From a virus: a stretch of DNA of 56,562 bases. Both the position numbers and the translations under genes were made by a program. The stretch covers positions 1 to 56,562 of IMG/VR virus record IMGVR_UViG_3300045988_087505. The stretch is one strand, 5' to 3'. This document shows, piece by piece, positions 8,112 to 18,781 of the stretch; positions within the stretch are counted from its first letter, which is position 1; every line of letters begins with the position of its first letter. The notes beneath the pieces are model-generated. The model had not been told where the DNA came from. It ran no database searches and saw nothing but the letters and a program-made list of their open reading frames with translations.

Positions 8112-8407
8112 GAAATCGGGTGGCGAAAATCCTTGCAGAAATCGGTGCTGGACCAGAACTTGAAGGTTTTAAATTCTGGTGTGATGCAGTGGAGATTATT
8201 TCGGGGAATGAAAAAATCGGATGCGATTATTTAATCAGAATGATTGCAGGAATTAACAGAACAAACGCAATAAATGTTTACATTTGTTTACAAAAATTCG
8301 TTTATTTTGTTGAAGAAAATAATCTCCACGAATTTAAAAAAAGGTTTAAGACGACAAACGTCTATAATGCAATAAAGAATTTCATAAAAAGCATGGAGGA
8401 AAAATAA
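8108..8407 (+). CDS. Stand-alone Spo0A C-terminal-like DNA-binding domain protein
   Basis: ILAEIGAGPELEGFKFWCDAVEII...IAGINRTNAINV parallels Spo0A_C ([21 protein letters not shown]...IAKKFNTTASRVE). There is no receiver domain. Confidence 0.5.
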   Translation: MRNRVAKILAEIGAGPELEGFKFWCDAVEIISGNEKIGCDYLIRMIAGINRTNAINVYICLQKFVYFVEENNLHEFKKRFKTTNVYNAIKNFIKSMEEK

Positions 8408-8973
8408 TGATAACAATTTCTGGAGTTGTTTCGGACGAAACAACACTTTCAAATGGAATTTACGTTTTTGAAATAAAATGTAAAAGAAAATCAGGATATT
8501 ATGATGAAATACCTGTAATGATTTCAGAAAATATTATTCCGAAAAAATGGGGATTGGATTTGTCTGGAAAATCCGTAAAAATCACAGGCGAAATTCATTC
8601 AAGAATGGAAAATAAACATAGTGCATTCTATGTTAATGCGGAAAACATAGAATATTGTGATAAACACGGAGAGAACAATGTAAATCTTAGTGGATTCATT
8701 TGCAGAACACCAAACTATAAAACCACACCAACCGGAAGGGAAATTGCGGATTTTATGCTTGCGGTAGAAAATGAAACTGAGACTAATTACATACCGTGCA
8801 TTGCCTGGAAAGAAAATGCCGTTCTTGTTTCAGGTTTAAAAAATGGAGATGAAATTTTTATAAATGGTAGAGCACAAAGCAGAAAATATAGGAAAAAAAC
8901 AGAAAATATTATTGAAGAAAGAACAGCTTATGAAATTTCTGTTTTTGACATGGAGGTATTAAATGAAAATTAA
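8407..8973 (+). CDS. OB-fold / SSB-like protein (apparently two OB modules)
   Basis: The second half (NLSGFICRTPNYKTTPTGREIADFMLAV...INGRAQSRKY) is SSB-like. Confidence 0.5.
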   Translation: MITISGVVSDETTLSNGIYVFEIKCKRKSGYYDEIPVMISENIIPKKWGLDLSGKSVKITGEIHSRMENKHSAFYVNAENIEYCDKHGENNVNLSGFICRTPNYKTTPTGREIADFMLAVENETETNYIPCIAWKENAVLVSGLKNGDEIFINGRAQSRKYRKKTENIIEERTAYEISVFDMEVLNEN

Positions 8974-9157
8974 GATCGATTTAGAAAGATATGAACAACT
9001 TTTGGATTCCGAAACAAGAATTCATGTGCTTATAAGCAAAATCAAAGGAGACAATTATGTCTGCAAAGAAGATGTTTGCAGAATTTTGGGTTATGAAAGA
9101 ATTGCTGATAAATTGGCAAATAAGGAAAGAAAGGATTTAGGATATGATGAAGATTAA
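8963..9157 (+). CDS. Hypothetical protein
   Basis: Overlapping starts and stops within the operon. Confidence 0.55.
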   Translation: MKIKIDLERYEQLLDSETRIHVLISKIKGDNYVCKEDVCRILGYERIADKLANKERKDLGYDED

Positions 9158-11072
9158 ATTGAAGAGTGTAGCACTTGAAAACTTTATGTGCTATGCAAGC
9201 AAAACATTTGATTTTTACGACATAACTAAGATCGTTGCTGAGAATGGCGTAGGTAAATCAACAATAGCCACGGCATATCTGTGGTGCCTGTTTAACTGTG
9301 ATTATGAGTTAAAGGATAATCCGGTTGTCAGAAGAGAAGTTGACGAAGTGCCAGTTGATGATATGGACGTGTCGGTCGAACTTGTACTTGATGTTGACGG
9401 AAAAGAAATCACTATGAAGAAAGTACAGAAACGTACTTATAGCAAGGATGGCAGCAGTTACAAGGACGATAACAAGTATTTTGTCAATGACGTTCCGAAA
9501 ACATTAAAGGATTTCAATGCATATCTTGATGTTGATATGAATGTGTTTAAGATGTGCAGCAACATCAACACATTTCTTAATCAGAAGCCTGCTGAAATGA
9601 GAGAGTACTTATTTAGCCTTGTCGAGAATGTGACAGACATTGATATAGCACATTCTAAGGCTGAATTAGCCGAGTTAGTTCCTTTACTTAATAAGTATAC
9701 AGTTGAAGAATTGTCAGCTATGAATAAGGCTACTAAGGCTAAGATTACAAAGGATTTACCTGTCCTTGACGGACAGATTAAGGAAAAGGAGAGGGATATT
9801 CAGATTAAGCAGGACACAGATGTATCTGACCTTGAACTGTATAGAAACAGCCTTAAAGAGCAGATTGCTGATTGTGTGGCTAAACAGACTGACAATGACA
9901 AGCTGTTAGCTGAATACGACAAGGCTAGTGCAAATATTCTTAATCTTAAGTTTGAGCTTAGTGATATGTCACGCAAGGCTAACGAGGAGAATATCAAGGC
10001 TAGGCGAGAGATTGAGGATAAGATTACTGACAAAAAGTTTCTTATTAAGCAGACAGAAAAGACTATTGCCGATACAGAAAAGAACATTGAGTATCGGCAG
10101 AAAGCTATTGATAGCATAAATAAGAATTTGCAGAGTATAAGGGATAAATGGAAAGCAGAGAATGAACGCAGATTTGACGAAGCAAGCTTTATTTGTAGTT
10201 ACTGTGGACAGGAATATCCAGAAGATAAGAAAGAGCAGTTGAGAGCCGATTTTGATAGCCATAAGGCAGAAGAGTTAAAGTCTATCACAAACAATGGCAA
10301 CTTTGTTAAGGGCAAACTTGATGAAGATAAGAAAATTCTTGAAGATTTACAGAAAGAGTTTCCACGGCATAAAGAAAGCCTTGAAATGCTGAATACAGCC
10401 ATTGCAGACCTTGAAAAGCAGTTATCCGAACTTCCACAGGAAATTGATGTGACAGCCACAGAAGAGTACAAGGCACTTGAACAGCAGATTGCCGAAAAGG
10501 AACAGGCTATGCACAAGGCTAATGACATTTCAAGTATCAAGGTTGAATTAAAGGCACAGGAAAATGATTTAAGGCAGCAGTTGTCAGAGTGCGAGCGGCA
10601 GATAGCTGAAAGCAACACAGAGAAAGACGAACAGCGACTTGAAGAATTAAGGGCAGAACAGCGTACACAGGAACAGAATAAGGCTAACGCTGAAAAAATC
10701 CTTGATTTGCTTAATGAACTGGATAAGGCAAAGAATGAAACATTGTCTGACGGCATTAACAGTCACTTCTCATTAGTTAAGTGGAAGTTGTTTGAACTGA
10801 ATAAGTCTGGCGGTTACAAGTCGGTTTGTGTACCTACAGTTAATGGAAAGTCAATTCTTACCACTATGAGTAACAAAGGCAACAGGATTTTAGGCAGAGT
10901 TGATATTTGCAACTCTATTCAGAAGATTAGCGGTATGTCAGTGCCTATTATTCTTGATGATAGTGAGAGCCTTGACAGCACTAATCAGAAGAAAGTTGCT
11001 GAAATGGTCGATAGTCAGTTGATTATGCTGATTGTCAATGATAGCGAGAAATTAGAGATTGCGGAGGGATAA
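9144..11072 (+). CDS. Rad50/SbcC-like AAA ATPase with a long coiled coil (recombination module)
   Basis: N-terminal Walker A (ENGVGKST), ~350-aa coiled coil with CxxC (CSYCGQ), C-terminal ILDDSESLD. Confidence 0.75.
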   Translation: MMKIKLKSVALENFMCYASKTFDFYDITKIVAENGVGKSTIATAYLWCLFNCDYELKDNPVVRREVDEVPVDDMDVSVELVLDVDGKEITMKKVQKRTYSKDGSSYKDDNKYFVNDVPKTLKDFNAYLDVDMNVFKMCSNINTFLNQKPAEMREYLFSLVENVTDIDIAHSKAELAELVPLLNKYTVEELSAMNKATKAKITKDLPVLDGQIKEKERDIQIKQDTDVSDLELYRNSLKEQIADCVAKQTDNDKLLAEYDKASANILNLKFELSDMSRKANEENIKARREIEDKITDKKFLIKQTEKTIADTEKNIEYRQKAIDSINKNLQSIRDKWKAENERRFDEASFICSYCGQEYPEDKKEQLRADFDSHKAEELKSITNNGNFVKGKLDEDKKILEDLQKEFPRHKESLEMLNTAIADLEKQLSELPQEIDVTATEEYKALEQQIAEKEQAMHKANDISSIKVELKAQENDLRQQLSECERQIAESNTEKDEQRLEELRAEQRTQEQNKANAEKILDLLNELDKAKNETLSDGINSHFSLVKWKLFELNKSGGYKSVCVPTVNGKSILTTMSNKGNRILGRVDICNSIQKISGMSVPIILDDSESLDSTNQKKVAEMVDSQLIMLIVNDSEKLEIAEG

Positions 11073-11073
11073 T

Positions 11074-11406
11074 ATGACTACTATACTTGAACATTCATTC
11101 AATTTTAATGGATTTAATTGCTATGTAATACTCCGACACATGGGCGACAGTACATATAGATGCGGATATGTACAAGTTTCTAAAAATATGCCTGTTGATA
11201 CATCAAATATAGATTGCCATGGCGGTATTACATACGCACACGAAGAAGCACCTAGTCCGCTTGAAATAAAGGATAAAGACAAGTGGTATATCGGTTTTGA
11301 CTGTGCTCACGCATTTTACACCATGGATTTTTGGACTTTAAGCAGGGTTAGTGATGAATTAAGGCAGATTGTTGGACAGATTTTAAGCAAAAAAAGTGAG
11401 GGATAA
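11074..11406 (+). CDS. Hypothetical protein
   Basis: The ATG at 11074 follows GGAGGG. Confidence 0.6.
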   Translation: MTTILEHSFNFNGFNCYVILRHMGDSTYRCGYVQVSKNMPVDTSNIDCHGGITYAHEEAPSPLEIKDKDKWYIGFDCAHAFYTMDFWTLSRVSDELRQIVGQILSKKSEG

Positions 11407-11408
11407 TT

Positions 11409-12299
11409 ATGGCAGAAACAACAGCAGTAGCAGAAAGCGAAAAGAGAGAACTTGTCGCTAAGGATTTTACAGAGGGAATGGTAATGAAAGTTAGAGAAAA
11501 AGAGAAATTCGGACTTACATTCCCTAAAGATTACAATTATACGAATGAATTTATGTCGGCAATGCTGATTTTACAGGACACAGTAGATAATAACAAACAG
11601 CCAGTATTAAAGAGCTGTACAAGGGCAAGTATTGAAAATGCACTTGTGGAAATGGTTACAAGCGGTCTATCAATGCAGAAGAAGCAGTGCTATCCGGTTG
11701 CCTATGGCGGTAAGTTGCAGTGCCAGAAATCAGTGTACGGAAATACTTGCATTGCTAGAAGATACGGCTTAAAAGACATAACAGCAGAAGTTATCTATGA
11801 GGGCGACACATTTGAATATGAGATTGTTAATGGCAAGAAGCACATTGTCACTCACAAACAGGATTTTGAAAGTATCGACAACGATAAGGTTAAGGGTGCT
11901 TACGCAATAGCTACTATGGATGACGGAAGCATTCTCACAGAGGTTATGAATATCAAGCAGATTAAGCAGGCTTGGAAACAGGGATTTGGCTATAAAGAGA
12001 ACGGAAACGGCACACACCAGAAATTTACAGACCAAATGGCTATGAAAACTGTTAAGAACAGGCTGTTAAAGCAGATTAACAATACTTATGGTTCGTTCTA
12101 TGACAGAAACTATGACATTGACGAGGATATTCCAACATATGACGAGCGTATGCAGGCAGATGTTGAATACGATATTGCAAGCAATGCCAATTCAGTTGAA
12201 TTTGAGGATGCGGATGTTGTAGCAGATACAGAGGTTGCACAGGGAGAAGTAGTTGAAGAACAAACAGACAGCACATTGCCACCATTCTTACAGGAGTAG
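11409..12299 (+). CDS. recT: RecT-family single-strand annealing recombinase
   Basis: QCYPVAYGGKLQCQKSVYG...KGAYAIATMDDGS...IKQAWKQG pattern with an acidic tail. Confidence 0.8.
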   Translation: MAETTAVAESEKRELVAKDFTEGMVMKVREKEKFGLTFPKDYNYTNEFMSAMLILQDTVDNNKQPVLKSCTRASIENALVEMVTSGLSMQKKQCYPVAYGGKLQCQKSVYGNTCIARRYGLKDITAEVIYEGDTFEYEIVNGKKHIVTHKQDFESIDNDKVKGAYAIATMDDGSILTEVMNIKQIKQAWKQGFGYKENGNGTHQKFTDQMAMKTVKNRLLKQINNTYGSFYDRNYDIDEDIPTYDERMQADVEYDIASNANSVEFEDADVVADTEVAQGEVVEEQTDSTLPPFLQE

Positions 12300-12302
12300 C
12301 CT

Positions 12303-12617
12303 ATGAATAATCCATGTAGAAAATGTGAGTTTTGCTTTGCCTATAAAAATCGACACTATCCTTCATATAACGAGGCTTGTAGATTATGCGATAAGCGTAA
12401 GAAGTATGAGGAATACAAGTTAAGCAAGCGAATGTTTGTAGCAGGAGATGTGATTACTACTCTTGATGAATTATTAGAGCAGGAATGGGTTGTATGGCAA
12501 GGAATGACAAGGCATATAGAAGTTATAAAACATCTTCAGTTTAAATGCGTTATAGGATTGATTGAGGGCGGATATTTAAGAAAAGCTGTCAGAAAGGAGT
12601 TCTATGAGAATAATTAG
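12303..12617 (+). CDS. Cys-rich hypothetical protein
   Basis: CRKCEFC...CRLC; operon context. Confidence 0.6.
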   Translation: MNNPCRKCEFCFAYKNRHYPSYNEACRLCDKRKKYEEYKLSKRMFVAGDVITTLDELLEQEWVVWQGMTRHIEVIKHLQFKCVIGLIEGGYLRKAVRKEFYENN

Positions 12618-12954
12618 TCAAGATGGAACAATAGATGTTCCTTACAATTGCTCTTCTTTGAGCGTAGCAGGTGGAAAGTATAAAGATGTGGAATATGCTT
12701 GTATTAATTGCCGCAACACATCTTCTCCGAATGGCACTGTATTAGCAGAGTATTCAAGCAAAGAAAAGGCTCTAAATGCTATGAAAATGTTGAGAGAGCA
12801 ATATTCGAGAATTGAAATTATAAAAGCTCTTGCAAGTGGCACATGCGAGCATATGGAAGAATCATTAAATCCGAAAGAGCTCAAAGACATCCTTAAAAAA
12901 TACATCAATATGGAAGTTTTTCAATTTCCACAGGATGATGAAATCGAGGTGTGA
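12604..12954 (+). CDS. Hypothetical protein
   Basis: Overlaps its neighbours on the same strand. Confidence 0.6.
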   Translation: MRIISQDGTIDVPYNCSSLSVAGGKYKDVEYACINCRNTSSPNGTVLAEYSSKEKALNAMKMLREQYSRIEIIKALASGTCEHMEESLNPKELKDILKKYINMEVFQFPQDDEIEV

Positions 12955-13703
12955 GTATGAGGTTAAAATGCTTAGGCTCATCGTCAGCCGGAAATTGCTA
13001 TCTGCTAATTTCCAACAGTGGAGAAACACTTATCCTTGATTGCGGAATACCGATTAAGGAGATTAAGAAAGGCTTAAATTGGAATGTCAAAGATGTTGTG
13101 GGTGTGTTATGCACTCATAAGCACCTTGACCACAGCAAGTCGGTAAAAGATTTTGAAACTATGGGAATACGAATATCCACCCCACATATACAATACGCAA
13201 AGCATGAGGGCATGCATCGTTATCATACGATACCATTTGGCAGTTTTAAAGCTAAGGCGTTTGACCTAACAACAGTAGACGGCAGGTGGACGCATACAGA
13301 CGCAAATGGCGAACCTTGCCCGATATTCGGATTCCTGATTACACACCCAGAAATGGGGAAGATGCTTTACATAACGGATTGCGAAGTTATCAAGTGGAAA
13401 TTTAAGGACATAAACCACATTCTGCTAGGTGTGAACTATGACAAGGATTTAGTTGATACCGACAATCCAAAAGCCAATCACGTTTTCAGAGGTCACTTAA
13501 GTATTGACACGGCTTGCGATTTTGTTAAGGCAAATCATTCAGATATCTTGCAGAACGTCATAATGTGCCATTTATCAAGTGAAAATGCTGATAAGGATAG
13601 TTTTATCGAGAAGATGAAAAATGCCGTAAATGGGGCAAATGTGGACGTTGCGGAACAGGGTAAGAGTTGGAGTTTAAGGAAAGGAGATGAATGTCCGTTT
13701 TGA
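12951..13703 (+). CDS. MBL-fold metallo-hydrolase (probable nuclease partner of RecT)
   Basis: LGSSSAGNCYLL, ILDCG and CTHKHLDHS motifs. Confidence 0.75.
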   Translation: MSMRLKCLGSSSAGNCYLLISNSGETLILDCGIPIKEIKKGLNWNVKDVVGVLCTHKHLDHSKSVKDFETMGIRISTPHIQYAKHEGMHRYHTIPFGSFKAKAFDLTTVDGRWTHTDANGEPCPIFGFLITHPEMGKMLYITDCEVIKWKFKDINHILLGVNYDKDLVDTDNPKANHVFRGHLSIDTACDFVKANHSDILQNVIMCHLSSENADKDSFIEKMKNAVNGANVDVAEQGKSWSLRKGDECPF

Positions 13704-13918
13704 GAATAGAAAGGACAAGATATGTCGTTATGAGACGAAATCGTACTGAAATATGGTGCGGTTTATCAAGAGAATTTCATTTTGCCAAAGTTGATGAATT
13801 GAAAGATACGGCAATTAAAACATACAGAACAGAAAAACAGGCTGAAAGCGGTTGTTCTTCTTGGGATAGAGATTTTGAAATTGTTGAATGCAAAGAAATT
13901 ATTGATATAGGAGAATAG
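13691..13918 (+). CDS. Hypothetical protein
   Basis: ORF in operon context. Confidence 0.55.
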   Translation: MSVLRIERTRYVVMRRNRTEIWCGLSREFHFAKVDELKDTAIKTYRTEKQAESGCSSWDRDFEIVECKEIIDIGE

Positions 13919-14039
13919 CAATGATTAAAGGCAGAAAAGTCTACGACCCATTAACTGATACCTGGAGCACAGGTTATTGGATTGCGGATGATAAAGGGAA
14001 TTATTACCCGGTGTGGTAGAAAGGAGTAGGAATTGAGAG

Positions 14040-14495
14040 GTGGAGAAAATGAGTAAATTTCTCGAAAGCGTAAGCAAGCGAGATTTTGATAGAAAAATAT
14101 CAGAAGTTATTGGAATGCTTGAAGAAAAACAACTCTACGGAACTATCAGTTTGATAAAAGATTTGAAATATTACCTTGACTTAGCTACAGAAGAAAAGAC
14201 GCACACTTGCAACTGCCAACATAACAACAATCCAAGAGGCAATGAGCCTTGTTGCAGATGTGACAGCAGAATGACTAACGCTGACAGGGTAAGGAATATG
14301 TCAGATGAAGAGTTAGCAGAATTTCTTGTCGGATTTAAAAACACATTCGGCGAGGAATACGAGGGAGAAGCTAGTTGTATGGAATGGCTTCAATCAGAAA
14401 AGGAGCAGCCATCAACCTTAGGGGCATGGATTAAACCTATTGATAATTTTGTGAATCCGTTTGAAATAAAGGCAGGTGAAATAGATGAAAGATAG
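14040..14495 (+). CDS. Hypothetical protein (Cys cluster CNCQ...CCRC)
   Basis: ORF in operon context; the exact start is uncertain. Confidence 0.6.
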   Translation: MEKMSKFLESVSKRDFDRKISEVIGMLEEKQLYGTISLIKDLKYYLDLATEEKTHTCNCQHNNNPRGNEPCCRCDSRMTNADRVRNMSDEELAEFLVGFKNTFGEEYEGEASCMEWLQSEKEQPSTLGAWIKPIDNFVNPFEIKAGEIDER

Positions 14496-14889
14496 ATATT
14501 TATTTAAGGCAATAGATACTAATTCTGTATGGCGTACAGGCTTACTTATAGCTTTAAAAGGCAATAGATGTGCAATTGAAGAAAGTGACGGAAGCAAATG
14601 GGCGTGTGACGCTAAAACTCTTTGTCAGTGCACAGGCTTAAAAGACAAGAACGGCAAGCTGATTTGGGAAAATGATATTGTCAGAGATAAAGAGGGTAAT
14701 TGTTATAAAGCCTTTTGGCAGAATAACTATTATCAGTTTTCTTGGATTTGTGTCAAATCAGACATATTCCAAATCGGTACAAAGTGGGATTTATACATTT
14801 GGAGAAGTTTTGAAATAGCAGTTATCGGCAATATATTTGACAATCCAGAGTTATTAGAAAGTGAGGAACAATATGGCGAGAATATTTAG
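14485..14889 (+). CDS. YopX-family protein
   Basis: RYLFKA...CTGLKDKNGKLIWENDIV...IGNIFDNPELLE. Confidence 0.7.
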   Translation: MKDRYLFKAIDTNSVWRTGLLIALKGNRCAIEESDGSKWACDAKTLCQCTGLKDKNGKLIWENDIVRDKEGNCYKAFWQNNYYQFSWICVKSDIFQIGTKWDLYIWRSFEIAVIGNIFDNPELLESEEQYGENI

Positions 14890-15334
14890 AATTAGTGGCT
14901 ATTTAGTTTCTAAGCGTGAGAACCCTTTAATTAAAGATGTGTATGATGACATAAGCTATACAGGATATGCCGAAAATTGGCAACAGTTACATATCGAACA
15001 GTCGGAAGAATTTAATCTTGATGGCGAAGATATGCCGAACTGTGACCTTGCATTACTCACAAGACATTTTAAGGCAGATAACATCAGTACAGAATTTGAC
15101 AGGTCTTTACCCAAGAAAGGCGAGAAATACAGACATTTCAAGTTAGGCAAGATTGTTACTGTTATCGGTATTTCAAGGCATACAGAAACAGAGGAAATGT
15201 CGGTTGTGTATGAATATGAGGGACATATTTGGAATAGACCTCTTGAAATGTTTATGAGCGAAGTTGATAAGGGAAAATACCCGAACGCAACACAGAAATA
15301 TAGATTTGAAAAGGTAGAAAGTGAGGAAAAGTAA
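14873..15334 (+). CDS. DUF1653-like domain protein
   Basis: C-terminal YRHFKLGKIVTVIGISRHTETEEMSVVYEY...WNRPLEMF. Confidence 0.6.
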   Translation: MARIFRISGYLVSKRENPLIKDVYDDISYTGYAENWQQLHIEQSEEFNLDGEDMPNCDLALLTRHFKADNISTEFDRSLPKKGEKYRHFKLGKIVTVIGISRHTETEEMSVVYEYEGHIWNRPLEMFMSEVDKGKYPNATQKYRFEKVESEEK

Positions 15335-15765
15335 TGAATCGTGTAATTTTATGTGGAAGAGTTGTTAGAGAACCGGAAATTAGATATTCGCAAACAGTAA
15401 ACGGAAGTATGGCGGTAGCAAGATACACATTAGCCGTTGACAGAGCTTTCAAGAAAGAGGGCGAACAGGCAGCAGACTTTATTAATTGTATCGCATTTGG
15501 TAAAAATGGAGAGTTTGCAGAGAAGTATCTTCATCAAGGCACTAAGATTATCGTTGAGGGCAGGTGGCAGACAGGCAACTATACCAACAAGGACGGACAG
15601 AAAGTTTACACCAATGATTGTGTTGTTGAAAGACACGAGTTCTGCGAAAGCAAAAATTCAAACAGTAATAGCGATAATGGCAGCAGTTCAAGACCGGCAC
15701 CTACTGACGATGACGGATTTATGAACATTCCTGATGGAATTGATGATGGATTACCATTCAATTAA
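15334..15765 (+). CDS. ssb: Single-stranded DNA-binding protein
   Basis: MNRVILCGRVVREPEIRY...ADFINCIAFGK...IVEGRWQTGNY with an acidic DDGLPF tail. Confidence 0.9.
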   Translation: MNRVILCGRVVREPEIRYSQTVNGSMAVARYTLAVDRAFKKEGEQAADFINCIAFGKNGEFAEKYLHQGTKIIVEGRWQTGNYTNKDGQKVYTNDCVVERHEFCESKNSNSNSDNGSSSRPAPTDDDGFMNIPDGIDDGLPFN

Positions 15766-15776
15766 GAGGTGTAATT

Positions 15777-17059
<1,283 letters not shown>

Positions 17060-17066
17060 GGAGTGA

Positions 17067-17675
17067 TTAAAGACGGATTACAAAAAGTTAAGACAGGCGA
17101 AAGCCATAGAATCAGAGAACCGAAAGCGACTTCTAAAGATAAATCCAAAGCTGAATGACAGGAGCGGAATATACTTTCTACTCCGAGAAGATGAAAACGG
17201 CTTTAAGTTTGCTTATGTTGGACAGGCTAAGTCGGTGTTGCAGAGATTAGCAAGCCACCTTGTAGGTTATGAACAGCACATAGATTTGAGCCTACGCAAA
17301 CATAAGCTATATTCAGAGGATAATCCGTATGGCTGGAGAGTAGAATTTCTGAATTTCCCCGAAAGTCAGCTTGACGAAAAAGAGAAGTATTACATCAAGC
17401 TGTATGCCGATAATGGTTATCAGCTTAGAAATGTCAGTTTAGGCGGACAAGGAGAAAATCGTGATAGTGGTTCAATAGGCGAAAGGAAAGCACCTAAAGG
17501 CTATTTACAGGGCATACAGCAAGGCAGAAAGAACCTTGCAAGGGAATTATCCAATATAGCAGAAAAGCACCTTAAAATCGAAATTAGAGACGATAAGAAG
17601 TGCAATAAAATATCGCAGAAACAGTATGAGAAGTTTATATCTCTTATGAATGGTGGTGCAGAAAATGAAGATTGA
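17067..17675 (+). CDS. GIY-YIG domain protein (free-standing homing-endonuclease-like); start codon unresolved
   Basis: SGIYFLLRED...YVGQA...EKYYIKLY. The frame is open from 17067, but the first ATG/GTG/TTG is the GTG at 17235, which lies downstream of the GIY motif. Confidence 0.6.
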   Translation, partial: LKTDYKKLRQAKAIESENRKRLLKINPKLNDRSGIYFLLREDENGFKFAYVGQAKSVLQRLASHLVGYEQHIDLSLRKHKLYSEDNPYGWRVEFLNFPESQLDEKEKYYIKLYADNGYQLRNVSLGGQGENRDSGSIGERKAPKGYLQGIQQGRKNLARELSNIAEKHLKIEIRDDKKCNKISQKQYEKFISLMNGGAENED

Positions 17676-18222
17676 TATTTTTAACACAGAGAATAAATAT
17701 GATTTGATTTACACAGATCCGCCTTGGAAACAAAACAAAGGCGGAAAGAGAAAATGTAGACCAAATCAAGGAAATGAATTAGATTATCCAACACTTGATA
17801 TGTTTGACATCAGGATAATACATAAGCATATATTTGAAAATCTTTGCGAAGAAAAACACAATGTTTTTATGTGGACAATTGACAAGTATCTTCACGAATC
17901 AGAGCAGATGATGAAAGGGCTTGGCTATGAACTTCATGCAAGAATGATTTGGGATAAAGAAAATGGCATTGCTCCTGCTTTTACAGTTAGATTTTCTCAC
18001 GAGTATCTCCTTTGGTTTTATAAGAAAGGTAATATTCTTATGCCTTGCGATGATATGAGAGGGAAATACACAACTGTTTTAAGAGAGCCATCTACTAAGC
18101 ATAGCAAGAAGCCAGTTTGTGCTTATGAAATGCTTGAGAATATGTTCCCTAATGCAACAAAATTTGAAATGTTTGCAAGGAATGCAAGAGATGGATGGGA
18201 CTGTTGGGGAAATGAAGTTTAA
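17650..18222 (+). CDS. MT-A70-family N6-adenine DNA methyltransferase
   Basis: IYTDPPW motif; size and layout typical of phage MT-A70 enzymes. Confidence 0.8.
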   Translation: MVVQKMKIDIFNTENKYDLIYTDPPWKQNKGGKRKCRPNQGNELDYPTLDMFDIRIIHKHIFENLCEEKHNVFMWTIDKYLHESEQMMKGLGYELHARMIWDKENGIAPAFTVRFSHEYLLWFYKKGNILMPCDDMRGKYTTVLREPSTKHSKKPVCAYEMLENMFPNATKFEMFARNARDGWDCWGNEV

Positions 18223-18264
18223 GGAACTGATGAACGAGGACAGTTACAAGGAGAGCAAAACAGA

Positions 18265-18543
18265 ATGAAGATTTTAAGTAAGAAGAAATACGACAAGCTC
18301 ATTGATGATTTTGAGGAATTGCAGAAAAAGGAAGAAGAACTCAAAAGAATAAATGAAAGCCTTGGGAAAAAGTTGGAGGACAAAAAGACAAGTTGCAAAA
18401 TGAATAGTGGAAGTGACTTCTGCTTTAATTGCACAAACTCTTACAGATACAAGACATATTGGGGAGCAACAGAAATTGAGCGGTGCGGTTGCTTACTTGA
18501 TGTTCCTTGCGAGAGTTTTGAAATGAAAGGAGTTGGAGAATGA
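18265..18543 (+). CDS. Hypothetical coiled-coil / Cys-rich protein
   Basis: ORF in operon. Confidence 0.6.
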   Translation: MKILSKKKYDKLIDDFEELQKKEEELKRINESLGKKLEDKKTSCKMNSGSDFCFNCTNSYRYKTYWGATEIERCGCLLDVPCESFEMKGVGE

Positions 18544-18716
18544 AGATTGACGAAAACACAATAAATCACAACGCATTAAGGCTAATCAACTTTGCCATTG
18601 CCACAACAAGCGTTGTTGATGAAGAAAATTCAGACAGATATATAATAGGTGCATTTAACTATACCAAGGGCATCTGTGATATGGCTAATGCAATGAAAGA
18701 AGTTTTGAAAAACTAA
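18540..18716 (+). CDS. Small hypothetical protein (58 aa)
   Basis: ATGA overlap with the upstream stop; translated by hand. Confidence 0.5.
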   Translation: MKIDENTINHNALRLINFAIATTSVVDEENSDRYIIGAFNYTKGICDMANAMKEVLKN

Positions 18717-18781
18717 GAAAAATCTAAGAAAGGAATAGGTTGTGCGCACATAAAACCGAGGTTTCCTTTTGGTGATTTGAG

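Noticed and set aside
13921-14019. The 32-aa ORF in the gap after 13691..13918 might be a gene, and so might the 33-aa ORF 22860..22961 before int.
   Set aside because: Both are too short to support without comparative evidence, although both have acceptable starts.
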